Below are positions 28,233-37,545 of a stretch of 64,000 bases of DNA, piece after piece. A program made the position numbers and the translations under genes. Under the pieces are notes generated by a model. That model did no database searches, had not been told where the DNA came from, and saw only the letters and a program-made list of their open reading frames with translations. The first letter of the stretch is position 1. Every line of letters starts with the position of its first letter. This stretch comes from Minisyncoccota bacterium (GTDB lineage: Bacteria; Patescibacteriota; Minisyncoccia; Phycocordibacterales; PALSA-1337), in assembly GCA_036516895.1 (NCBI GenBank), contig DATDZD010000002.1:13769-77768 (forward strand), written 5' to 3'.

Positions 28233-30197
28233 ATGACTTCCAAAGAATTGAATACTAGACAGAGACAAGCTGTGGAAACACTAGCGGGACCTCTTCTTGT
28301 CTTGGCGGGAGCAGGAGCAGGAAAAACCAAGACAATAGGTCATAGAATCATAAATCTCATAAGAAGTGGTGTTGAACCATCAAAGATTTTAGCTATTACT
28401 TTTACAAATAAAGCCGCAGGGGAGATGCGTAATAGAATCTTTGACCTACTGGAAACTGATAAAAATCTCAATATTCCAATTTCTATATCAAAAATAAAAG
28501 AAGAGAAGCCCTTTATTAGCACATTTCATGCTCTTGGAGTGCATATTATTAAAGAAAATAGCTCTTTAATAGGGCTTCCTAGACATTTCAGCATATTTGA
28601 CAGAGGAGATTCAAAACAAGCCATAAAAAAATCTCTAGAATCTCTCAATATTGACCCAAAAAAATTTGAACCGGGAGCAATTCTTAATACAATTTCAAAA
28701 GAAAAAGGGAATGGGATAACACATGAAAAATATTCTAGCAATTTGAAAGGTGAACCACAGGAATTTTATCAAAAGATAGTTGCCGATACTTGGAGAGAAT
28801 ATGAAAAAATCTTAATGCAAGAAAAAGCGTTGGATTTTGATGATTTATTATTAAAAACAGCAATATTACTAAAGAACTATCCTGAAATAAGAGCCAAATA
28901 CAACTCTGTATGGGAACACATTCATATAGACGAATATCAAGACACAAACAAAGTGCAATACGATATAGCTACCATGTTGACTGGAGACAATAAGAATATC
29001 TGTGTTGTGGGCGATATTGACCAGATGATATATTCTTGGCGAGGCGCTGATTTGCAAAATATTTTGGACTTCGAAAAGACTTACCCTGAAGCAAAGGTTA
29101 TTCTTTTGGAAGAGAATTATCGTTCAACTCAAACCATCCTTTCCGCCGCCAATAATGTCATACGCAAAAATATTATGCGCCGTGAAAAAAATCTCTTTAC
29201 AAAAAATTCAGAAGGAGAAAAAATAGAGCTCATAATTTCCGTTAATGAAAAAGAAGAAGCTCGCATGATTGCTGACAATGCCAGAACCCTTATTGAAAAT
29301 GGCACTCGCCCTAGAGAGATCGCTGTCCTTTATAGAGCCAATTTCCAATCGCGAGTACTTGAAGAAGCATTCTTGAACAAAAATATTCCATATCAAATAC
29401 TCGGCGTTAGATTTTTTGAAAGAAAAGAAATAAAGGATACGCTTTCATTTATAAAATCCGCTCTAAATAGAGAAAGTGCGAGCGATATGGCGCGAATAGT
29501 AAATATTCCTCCGCGAGGTATAGGGAAATCGACTATTTTGAAGGTTATAATGAAACAAGAACATGCTTTGGGGCCATCTCTCAAGATAAAAGTCTCACAA
29601 TTTTTGCATTTATTGGACAGTATAAAACATATTGCCATGACCAAGAAACCTTCTGTATTGATTAAATATATCTTAAAAGAAACTGGTATGGAAATGACAT
29701 ATAAAAATGGTTCGGCAGAAGAACAAGAAAAGCTTGAAAACCTTAGAGAATTGACCTCCGTTGCAACACAATATGACTTTCTACCACCGGAAGAAGGGGT
29801 TGAGGCTCTTCTCTCAAATTCCGCTCTAGCTACAGACCAAGACGAGCTTGAAAAAAACAATAATGCGGTTAAACTTATGACTGTCCATGCGTCAAAAGGA
29901 TTGGAATTTGATGGCGTATTTATTTCCGGATTAGAGCAAGATTTATTTCCTCACCAAAGAATTGGAAAAGATGAAATAAGCCAATCCGAAGCGGAAGAAG
30001 AAAGAAGATTGTTTTATGTGGCTCTTACTAGGGCTAGAAAAAAAATCTTTTTGAGCTATTCCCAAACACGCACGATATATGGAACAACAAAAGTAAATAT
30101 ACCCTCCGAATTTATATCGGATATTGGGGACGAACACATAACGCAAAATAGTTATGAAAAACCGCGCGGGGTAAAATCTATTTTTATTGATTTTTAA
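28233..30197 (+). CDS. pcrA: ATP-dependent DNA helicase, UvrD/PcrA family
   Basis: LNTRQRQAVETLAGPLLVLAGAGAGKTKTIGHRIINLI (motif I). Also DEYQDTN, VVGDIDQMIYSWRGA, and C-terminal TVHASKGLEF and RRLFYVALTRARKK motifs. Confidence 0.85.
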   Translation: MTSKELNTRQRQAVETLAGPLLVLAGAGAGKTKTIGHRIINLIRSGVEPSKILAITFTNKAAGEMRNRIFDLLETDKNLNIPISISKIKEEKPFISTFHALGVHIIKENSSLIGLPRHFSIFDRGDSKQAIKKSLESLNIDPKKFEPGAILNTISKEKGNGITHEKYSSNLKGEPQEFYQKIVADTWREYEKILMQEKALDFDDLLLKTAILLKNYPEIRAKYNSVWEHIHIDEYQDTNKVQYDIATMLTGDNKNICVVGDIDQMIYSWRGADLQNILDFEKTYPEAKVILLEENYRSTQTILSAANNVIRKNIMRREKNLFTKNSEGEKIELIISVNEKEEARMIADNARTLIENGTRPREIAVLYRANFQSRVLEEAFLNKNIPYQILGVRFFERKEIKDTLSFIKSALNRESASDMARIVNIPPRGIGKSTILKVIMKQEHALGPSLKIKVSQFLHLLDSIKHIAMTKKPSVLIKYILKETGMEMTYKNGSAEEQEKLENLRELTSVATQYDFLPPEEGVEALLSNSALATDQDELEKNNNAVKLMTVHASKGLEFDGVFISGLEQDLFPHQRIGKDEISQSEAEEERRLFYVALTRARKKIFLSYSQTRTIYGTTKVNIPSEFISDIGDEHITQNSYEKPRGVKSIFIDF

Positions 30198-31089
30198 TAT
30201 GGACTTTATAGCAAAAAAATCCCTTGGACAAAACTTTCTTCACGCTCCGCAGGTGATTTCAAAGATGATTCACACGACAAATATTACTCCGGATGATATT
30301 GTCCTTGAAGTTGGTCCAGGTAAAGGAGCTCTGACAGAAAAACTTCTGGAAATTGGAGCTAAAGTCATAGCTGTAGAAAAAGATGATAGACTTATATCTT
30401 TTCTATCAGACAAATTTTCAAAAGAAATAGAGAGCGGACAATTAAAAATAATTCACCAAGATATTTTAGATTTCAATCCATCATTATATGGTTTATCTTC
30501 TAGTAATTATTCCATAATAGCCAATATTCCTTATTACATCAGCGGAGAATTTTTAAGAAAGTTCCTAGAGTCAGATATCCAGCCGTCAAGAATGGTCATA
30601 ATGCTCCAAAAAGAGCTTGCAAAAAGAATCGTGGATAAAAAGGGAAGTATACTTTCCATATCAGTCAAAGCTTATGGGAATCCAAAATACATAACCTCTG
30701 TGCCAAGAAAATTCTTTAGACCAATGCCAAATGTTGATTCAGCAATGCTTTTAATTGAAAATATATCAAAAAAATTCTTCCTTAGGGAAAACAGAATAGA
30801 AGATGAAAGAAAAAAACAAGAAAGAGAAAAGAAAGAAGATATTGAAATGAGCCCAGGAAAAGAAAAAATAAACAACAGAGAGACAAGAATGAGTGAAAAA
30901 AGGTTTTTTGAGCTAGTAAAAGCTGGTTTTGCTCATAAAAGAAAGGTTCTTATAAAAAATATTGAAGAAATAATGACTAAAGACGACATAAAAGAGATTT
31001 GGGAAAGCCAAAAATGGTCTCTTACTCTGCGTGCTGAAGAGCTAACCATTGAGGATTGGATGAAAATAGCTTGTTTTCCACAGAAATAG
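30187..31089 (+). CDS. rsmA: 16S rRNA (adenine1518/1519-N6)-dimethyltransferase RsmA/KsgA, with a Lys/Glu-rich insertion
   Basis: KSLGQNFLHAPQVISKMI...LEVGPGKGALTEKLL is the SAM motif, and ANIPYYIS matches the NLPY motif. Confidence 0.8.
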   Translation: MIFNMDFIAKKSLGQNFLHAPQVISKMIHTTNITPDDIVLEVGPGKGALTEKLLEIGAKVIAVEKDDRLISFLSDKFSKEIESGQLKIIHQDILDFNPSLYGLSSSNYSIIANIPYYISGEFLRKFLESDIQPSRMVIMLQKELAKRIVDKKGSILSISVKAYGNPKYITSVPRKFFRPMPNVDSAMLLIENISKKFFLRENRIEDERKKQEREKKEDIEMSPGKEKINNRETRMSEKRFFELVKAGFAHKRKVLIKNIEEIMTKDDIKEIWESQKWSLTLRAEELTIEDWMKIACFPQK

Positions 31090-31182
31090 CATAAAAATCT
31101 TAGAGAATAATTTACTTTCTTGTTATAATCAACGATAGTGCCCTTGTACTACCCATGAAATAAAGGGCTACCCAGTTTAATT

Positions 31183-32151
31183 ATGGGCAAAAGAAATATC
31201 ATTTTGATTTTCTTGTCTCTACTTATTGTAGTTACGGCTTTTTTCTTTGCAGAATATAGAAATATCAAAACAAAAAAAGCGTCTTATAATGCTATACTTT
31301 CTGCTAATACAGAAACTTTGTCTCCGGAGCTTCAAAACGAAGACAGCGACAATGATGGACTAAAGGACTGGGAAGAGATTTTGCTTGGTACAGACCCTCG
31401 CAATTCGGATACTGATGGTGATGAAACAACTGATGGTAAAGAAGCGGATTTGGGTAGGAATCCTCTTGTCAAAGGACCGAAAGATAGCACAAAGATAACA
31501 TCATCAAATTCAACTGCGATAGAAAATGATTTGACTCCGACAGACAAATTAGCTAGAGACTTTTTTGCTCGCTATATGGAACTTCGTCAAGTTGGACTTT
31601 CACAAGACAAGCAAAGCCAACAAGAACTAGTAGGGCAAGTCTTGAAAAGCGGTATTGTTCTAGCTGTTCCAAAAACATACGAATTGAAAGATATTCTGGT
31701 GATTCCAGATGATAGCAAAGAAGCGGTAAAAAAATATGGGAATGATGTGGGGGCGGTATTTAAAAAATATATTAATTCCAATACTAAAAATGAAATGGTA
31801 ATCGCTAAAGAAAGTGTTGATAAAGAAGATCCAAATCTTTTAAAAGAAATTGACCCAATTATTTCTATATACAAAAATATCCTAACAGAACTACTTAAAA
31901 TAAAGACACCGAAATCTTTAAATGAAAACCATATAGATATGATAAATAGCATAAGTACTCTCAAGTTTTCTGCCGAATCATTGAGAAAAATAGATACAGA
32001 TGCTCTCGCTGGTGTTCAGGGGACAAGTATATGGCTCGGAGCGGCAACTATCCTTAATAAAACTTTCAATACCATCAAGAATAGCTTTTCAACAAACGGG
32101 ATTACTTATACAACAAATGAATCTGGCAGTTTTTTTATGCTACAACAATAA
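31183..32151 (+). CDS. Hypothetical membrane-anchored protein with Asp-rich calcium-binding-like repeats
   Basis: N-terminal TM segment, then DSDNDGLKDWEE..DPRNSDTDGDETTDGKEAD resembling DxDxDG repeats. Confidence 0.4.
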   Translation: MGKRNIILIFLSLLIVVTAFFFAEYRNIKTKKASYNAILSANTETLSPELQNEDSDNDGLKDWEEILLGTDPRNSDTDGDETTDGKEADLGRNPLVKGPKDSTKITSSNSTAIENDLTPTDKLARDFFARYMELRQVGLSQDKQSQQELVGQVLKSGIVLAVPKTYELKDILVIPDDSKEAVKKYGNDVGAVFKKYINSNTKNEMVIAKESVDKEDPNLLKEIDPIISIYKNILTELLKIKTPKSLNENHIDMINSISTLKFSAESLRKIDTDALAGVQGTSIWLGAATILNKTFNTIKNSFSTNGITYTTNESGSFFMLQQ

Positions 32152-32153
32152 TC

Positions 32154-33794
32154 ATGAAAAATATTTTGTCTAAAAGAATAATTTCAGGAATACTCATTAT
32201 AACAATGATATCCTCTGTAATAGGATTATCTTTTCCAAAAAAATCACAAGCCATATTTGGTATTGGGGATATTACTTTTGACCCAACATCTTTTGCTCAA
32301 CATGTAATAAATACAGCAAACACTACCGCCACTTCCTTTTCATCTTATTCCATGCAATTCAAAGAATATGTCCTAGACGGACTTGCAACCGCTCTCGTAA
32401 AACAAATCATACGACAAATGACAGCCAGCGTAGTCAACTGGATAAACTCCGGTTTTGAAGGAAGTCCTTCTTTTGTTACAAATCCAGGTTCATTTTTCCT
32501 TGATGTGGCAGACCAAATCACTGGAGATTTTCTGGCGAAAGCTGGTGGACCACTTACAGCACTTTGTTCTCCATTCAGCATAGACATTCGTATCGCTCTA
32601 GCTTTCAAATATCATCCAAATGTTCTCAAAAAATATGAATGTACTTTGGGAAAAATAATTACAAATAGTAAAAATGCTGTAAAAGGTGCGAGTATAAATG
32701 GATTCACAGCTGGAGATTTCAGCCAAGGGGGATGGCCAGCTTTTGTTTCCCTGACTACAGAACCACAGAATAATTATATTGGAGCGTATCTCATAGCGGA
32801 GGATGAGCTTTCTATAAGGGTGGCGAATGCTCAACTTCAGCAAAAAGATGAAATAAGTCAGGGAAGAGGGTTCTTATCTTGGAGAAAGTGTAGAAAAACT
32901 GGGGAGACAGCGACCGTTCAAGGTTCCGAATCAGCATATGTTGACCATGAACTTGGAGATAATAGTGATCCAAGTAGAACAGAGAGCAACGCTCCTGTAG
33001 TTCATACAAACCAAACCGGAAAAGATTGTGAAATCCAAACCCCAGGCTCTATTATCGTAAGCTCTCTTGAGGCAAATATAAATGGTCCTTTGCATGAACT
33101 CCAGCTTGCAGATGAAATAAATGAAATCGTTAATGCTCTCTTTGCTCAACTCGTCACTCAAGTGTTAACAAAAGGATTGGGATCACTTAGCGGAAGCGGT
33201 CCTAGCGATTCTTCTTCATACATCTATCAGATTCAACAAGAAGCAAAAAATGACACATCCCAAGTCGCTCCAATAAAAGCTGAGATATTAAAAAACATGA
33301 CGACATATTTGGACAACACTTTGCAATACAAGAACAATAAAAACCAGTCTCTAAATCTAATGCTTGATGTCAAAAATTCATACGAATTAGCAAAATCATG
33401 TTATGCTGGAAAAATATCTTCTTCCAACCCTCCACTATCTTCATCACAAGCAAGTTTCGCTCAAAGCAAAATAACTGAAATAGATTCCATCATAAATACT
33501 AAGGTAGCACCTCCTGCTACAAAACTTCTCACGGAAGCACAGGAAGCTGATGCTCGTTATGCAACTCTCAAAAAGATAGAAACTGATGTCAATGCAGCAA
33601 AGACTACCAATGACCTCAACATCCAAAGTCAACAATACAGTCAGATGATTCAAAACAGAACACTTACATCAGCGTCAGACATAGCCAATTCTCAACAAGA
33701 GCTAGACGACACCAAAATTGTGATTGATCCAATGAAAACAGACGCTGGAAGAAAACTTCAAGAATGTCAGTTATTTCCATCGGGAAGCATATAA
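32154..33794 (+). CDS. Hypothetical secreted protein (signal peptide)
   Basis: 546 aa. N-terminal hydrophobic signal ending KSQA. No recognisable catalytic motif. Confidence 0.45.
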   Translation: MKNILSKRIISGILIITMISSVIGLSFPKKSQAIFGIGDITFDPTSFAQHVINTANTTATSFSSYSMQFKEYVLDGLATALVKQIIRQMTASVVNWINSGFEGSPSFVTNPGSFFLDVADQITGDFLAKAGGPLTALCSPFSIDIRIALAFKYHPNVLKKYECTLGKIITNSKNAVKGASINGFTAGDFSQGGWPAFVSLTTEPQNNYIGAYLIAEDELSIRVANAQLQQKDEISQGRGFLSWRKCRKTGETATVQGSESAYVDHELGDNSDPSRTESNAPVVHTNQTGKDCEIQTPGSIIVSSLEANINGPLHELQLADEINEIVNALFAQLVTQVLTKGLGSLSGSGPSDSSSYIYQIQQEAKNDTSQVAPIKAEILKNMTTYLDNTLQYKNNKNQSLNLMLDVKNSYELAKSCYAGKISSSNPPLSSSQASFAQSKITEIDSIINTKVAPPATKLLTEAQEADARYATLKKIETDVNAAKTTNDLNIQSQQYSQMIQNRTLTSASDIANSQQELDDTKIVIDPMKTDAGRKLQECQLFPSGSI

Positions 33795-33802
33795 AATAAC
33801 CC

Positions 33803-35707
33803 ATGAAAAAACACCTGCCTACAATTCTCACTTTGATGATAATCCTAGCAATAGGAGTAGCGATTTTGACTCCAAATATAGCCATGGCAACAGTTTCAGG
33901 AACCAGTATAGTTACAGGAGTCGGTGTAAGCGTGATAAATACAACCCTCGCAAACATTGGAAACGCCATTCTCGGCTGGACAGCCGTTCTTGTTACAGCA
34001 GGCGGAGCTTTCTTGAGTATGGCCATAAACCTCACTACCCATATAGACAAAATATATGAAACTGTATCAGGTATAAAATCCGTATGGGTTACGATAAGAG
34101 ATATATCTAGCATATTTATAATATTTGCTCTCTTATATTTCTCCATAAGGACAATATTGGGTTTTGGCGGTTATAGCACCACAGGCAATCTCAAGGGTCT
34201 TATAGTAAATATATTTATAGCCGGTCTTCTTATAAACTTCAGTCTTTTCTTCGTCAGAGTGGCTATTGACGCTTCAAATCTAGTCTCTTTGCAGTTCTAT
34301 AATGCTATTGCTCCCGATACTTCTAAAAACTGGAGCGTTGGAGATGTATTCAATAATGGCGGTCTCTCAAATGTGTTCATGCAGAGTCTCAAGATTCCGA
34401 CAATATACCAACAATCAAAGAGTTCACAAGGTTTTGATATAGCGGCTGGAATCGGTTTTGCTATCCTTGGAGGAATCATCATGATGGTTACTGCGGCTAT
34501 AAGCTTCTTCGCCGCTGCCATTGCTTTTACTGCTCGCACCGCTATTTTACTTTTTGTTATGGCTATGTCTCCTATATTCTTCGTGGGAATGATATTTCCG
34601 GAAGTAAAAAAGAAAGTGTCCGATAAAATTTCTGGTTTGCTTTATAGTCAATGTGTATTTATGCCTGTATACCTTTTTCTCATGTACATTGCTCTCAAAA
34701 TAATAAGTGATGAAAATTTCATGAAAATATTCAACCCAAATACTTCTGGAGTAGCCGATACAAATGGTTTTGGTCCTGTTTGGATAGGTATTATCATTCA
34801 ATATGCCATCGCCCTTATATTTATAAATATTCCACTAGTAGCGGCAATAGAAATGGGAGCAATCGGTATGAAATGGGCGCCCGGATCATCCGGAGCAAAT
34901 GCTGTAAATAAATGGCTTGGGGGAAAGATTGGGGGATTTGCTGGTAGGAATATTGCTGGTAGAGCTGGGCAGTTGTCTGGTGTGGGCTTTGATAGAATGG
35001 CAGCTTCAGCTCAAGGTTCTTCTCTTGGCAAAGGTACATCAACTGTTCTTCGCGCTCTTGGTATTAGTCAGGGAATTCGTGGCGGATTAACTGCTACAGA
35101 GAAAGGAAAATATGGTGGAACACAAAGTCTTGGTGATATTCAGAAGGAAAATAAGGAGAGGGCAAGAACTATTTCTGGGGTACAGAGAATGAAAGAACAA
35201 CATTTAGCTCTTGCAGCAGTCATTGGTTCAAAGAATACTTCAATAACACCAGCGCAAATGGATAAATTTAGAGAAACTGTGGATAAAATGGGTAATAAAG
35301 ATTTTGAAAATATGAATTTTGAAACCATTAAAGACCCTGTTCTTGCTTCTAACCTATCATCTAAACAAGCTGAATCATTATTGGAAGGAGATATACTTAC
35401 CTCGCAACAGAAAGACGAGTTCAAAAAAATACGAAAAGATAAGATTGTCACAATCATTAATTCTGGAACAGCAACAGATGCCGAAATACATATGAAAAAA
35501 TTATCAGGAAAAGAATTGTCTAAAATGGACAAGACTGTTATTAAGAATCCGAATGTCTTAAAATACTTAACCCCAACTCAACTATTAGAAATGAGAGATA
35601 TTGATGGAGATACTAAAAAATTCATTGGTGACTATATAGAAAATACTGCACTAGGAGACCATAAAGCAAAAGGTTATATAAGAAAAAATCGTACGGAGTG
35701 GAGCTAA
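33803..35707 (+). CDS. Polytopic membrane protein with a hydrophilic C-terminal domain, a VirB6/TrbL-like candidate
   Basis: 634 aa with at least 7 hydrophobic helices in the first 360 aa, then a soluble C-terminal half. The architecture and position upstream of VirB3-like and VirB4 genes resemble Gram-positive VirB6 analogues. This is architecture-based inference only. Confidence 0.4.
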   Translation: MKKHLPTILTLMIILAIGVAILTPNIAMATVSGTSIVTGVGVSVINTTLANIGNAILGWTAVLVTAGGAFLSMAINLTTHIDKIYETVSGIKSVWVTIRDISSIFIIFALLYFSIRTILGFGGYSTTGNLKGLIVNIFIAGLLINFSLFFVRVAIDASNLVSLQFYNAIAPDTSKNWSVGDVFNNGGLSNVFMQSLKIPTIYQQSKSSQGFDIAAGIGFAILGGIIMMVTAAISFFAAAIAFTARTAILLFVMAMSPIFFVGMIFPEVKKKVSDKISGLLYSQCVFMPVYLFLMYIALKIISDENFMKIFNPNTSGVADTNGFGPVWIGIIIQYAIALIFINIPLVAAIEMGAIGMKWAPGSSGANAVNKWLGGKIGGFAGRNIAGRAGQLSGVGFDRMAASAQGSSLGKGTSTVLRALGISQGIRGGLTATEKGKYGGTQSLGDIQKENKERARTISGVQRMKEQHLALAAVIGSKNTSITPAQMDKFRETVDKMGNKDFENMNFETIKDPVLASNLSSKQAESLLEGDILTSQQKDEFKKIRKDKIVTIINSGTATDAEIHMKKLSGKELSKMDKTVIKNPNVLKYLTPTQLLEMRDIDGDTKKFIGDYIENTALGDHKAKGYIRKNRTEWS

Positions 35708-36417
35708 AATATTTTAAAATTATGGATAATCAAAATACACAAAACTTACCTGCAGATATTCTCAAAGCGATTGAGTCTTCTGATGTCTATACTCATCTTG
35801 AAAGTATAGGGGATAGATACAATCTTCTTATTGATCAAATTGGTCAATTAAATGCTGATACAGAAAAATTAATGGTTGGGAAATTAAAATCAGAGATATT
35901 TGTAATCACCATCGCAAAAGATTTGGAAATATCACAAGAAATAGCACAAAAAATATCTGACGATATCAATAATGAGATATTTACTGGTCTTCGTGAATCT
36001 CTTCGTAAAATGCAGGAACAGAGTGAAAAAAAATTCACAAACCCGCTCACACCTCCACCTCCTCCTACTTTCCAAATCCCTAAACCAGTACCACTAACAC
36101 CAACCACTCCTATACCCAAACCGCCGATTACTCAACCTCCTCAAAAAATAAACATCTCTTCAATAGAAAAAGTCGGCAACTTTACCATTGAAAAACGCCC
36201 ATTATCAAATTCCCCCCAATATAAAGATACAAACTTAAAAAGAGAAGATGTTTTGAGGGATATGGAAAACCCAACAACAAAGAGTGGTGTATCTTTTGTA
36301 GACCATCTCCTCTCCAAGCCATTATCAAATGAAATGCAAACAGAAACAAAAAATAAAACCGCTCCTCCACAAGGTTTGCCAGAATATACAGCCGACCCAT
36401 ATAGAGAGCCCATATAG
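35698..36417 (+). CDS. Hypothetical proline-rich protein
   Basis: PPPPTFQIPKPVPLTPTTPIPKPPITQPPQK low-complexity linker. No TM segment. Confidence 0.35.
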   Translation: MELKYFKIMDNQNTQNLPADILKAIESSDVYTHLESIGDRYNLLIDQIGQLNADTEKLMVGKLKSEIFVITIAKDLEISQEIAQKISDDINNEIFTGLRESLRKMQEQSEKKFTNPLTPPPPPTFQIPKPVPLTPTTPIPKPPITQPPQKINISSIEKVGNFTIEKRPLSNSPQYKDTNLKREDVLRDMENPTTKSGVSFVDHLLSKPLSNEMQTETKNKTAPPQGLPEYTADPYREPI

Positions 36418-36435
36418 TAATGCTATAATAAACCC

Positions 36436-36864
36436 ATGCGTTTTCAAGTCCCACAGTTCATTGAAGTAGAAGATAAAATTTTCGGGCCATTAACCCTGAA
36501 ACAATTCATATATCTTGCCGGGGGAGCGGGACTTTCTTTTGTCATATATCAATCCCTCGGCTCTCTTGTATTGGCATTCTTGCCTATCACCATCATCATG
36601 TCTTTTTCTTCAGCATTGGCCTTTTATAAAATAAACAATAAGCCCTTCATTTTCGTCGTTGAAGCGGCATTCAAATACTTTTTCTCAAGCAAATTGTATA
36701 TATGGAAAAAAGGGGAGAACAGCAAAGCGTTGTCAAAATCAGATTCGGAAGCAAAACAATACGCCTCTGTCATGGTTCCAAAAATTTCAGATAGCAAACT
36801 AAAGGATTTGACATGGAGCTTGGATATAAAAGAGAGCATGTACACAGATAGAAATCAAAAATAA
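36436..36864 (+). CDS. Small two-TM membrane protein, VirB3-like candidate
   Basis: 142 aa with a hydrophobic hairpin LAGGAGLSFVIYQSLGSLVLAFLPITIIMSF. It lies directly upstream of the VirB4-like ORFs. Confidence 0.35.
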   Translation: MRFQVPQFIEVEDKIFGPLTLKQFIYLAGGAGLSFVIYQSLGSLVLAFLPITIIMSFSSALAFYKINNKPFIFVVEAAFKYFFSSKLYIWKKGENSKALSKSDSEAKQYASVMVPKISDSKLKDLTWSLDIKESMYTDRNQK

Positions 36865-36865
36865 T

Positions 36866-37498
36866 ATGGCTACGAGTCAAAAAACAACTCAAGATTTTGT
36901 ACCGATACGAGAAATACGCGACGGTGTTGTCATATTGAAAGATGGTTCAATGCGCGCTTTGGTATTGGCTTCGTCTCTCAATTTCGCCTTGAAATCAACC
37001 GATGAACAAAACGCCATAATTCTTCAATTTCAAAATTTCCTCAACTCTCTTGACTTCTCTGTGCAGATTTTCGTCCAGTCAAAAAAGCTTGATATAAGGC
37101 CGTATATTGCTCTACTTGAAGAACGATACAAGGAGCAAGTGACTGAACTTATGAAAATACAAACCAGAGAATACATAGAGTTTATAAAGACTTTCGTGGA
37201 AAATTCCAATATTATGACAAAAAGTTTCTTTTTGATAGTGCCTTACATGCCCCCAACGCTTACTGCAAGCAAAAATCCGGTCAGCAATCTCTTTAATAAA
37301 AAAACTGAAGATAAAACAGTTATAAACGCAGAATTTGAAGAATACAGAAGCCAGCTGGAACAGAGGGTGGGGGTAGTAGAGCAGGGTTTGGTCAGATGCG
37401 GAATAAGGGTGGCGGAACTTGGAACAGAGGAGGTGGTAGAATTGTATTATAAAATATTCAACCCCGGAGAAACAGAGAAACCGATACAGATAAACTGA
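36866..37498 (+). CDS. VirB4 N-terminal-domain-like protein (first part of a split VirB4)
   Basis: DFVPIREIRDGVVILKDGSMRALVLASSLNFALKSTDEQNAIILQFQNFLNSLDFSVQIFVQS resembles the N-terminal region of Gram-positive VirB4/ConE ATPases. The 210 aa here plus the 613 aa of the next ORF approximate full-length VirB4. Confidence 0.4.
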   Translation: MATSQKTTQDFVPIREIRDGVVILKDGSMRALVLASSLNFALKSTDEQNAIILQFQNFLNSLDFSVQIFVQSKKLDIRPYIALLEERYKEQVTELMKIQTREYIEFIKTFVENSNIMTKSFFLIVPYMPPTLTASKNPVSNLFNKKTEDKTVINAEFEEYRSQLEQRVGVVEQGLVRCGIRVAELGTEEVVELYYKIFNPGETEKPIQIN

Positions 37499-37545
37499 TT
37501 ATTCACCAGAAAATCTCCACATAAACAAATAAAAACAATAAAAAA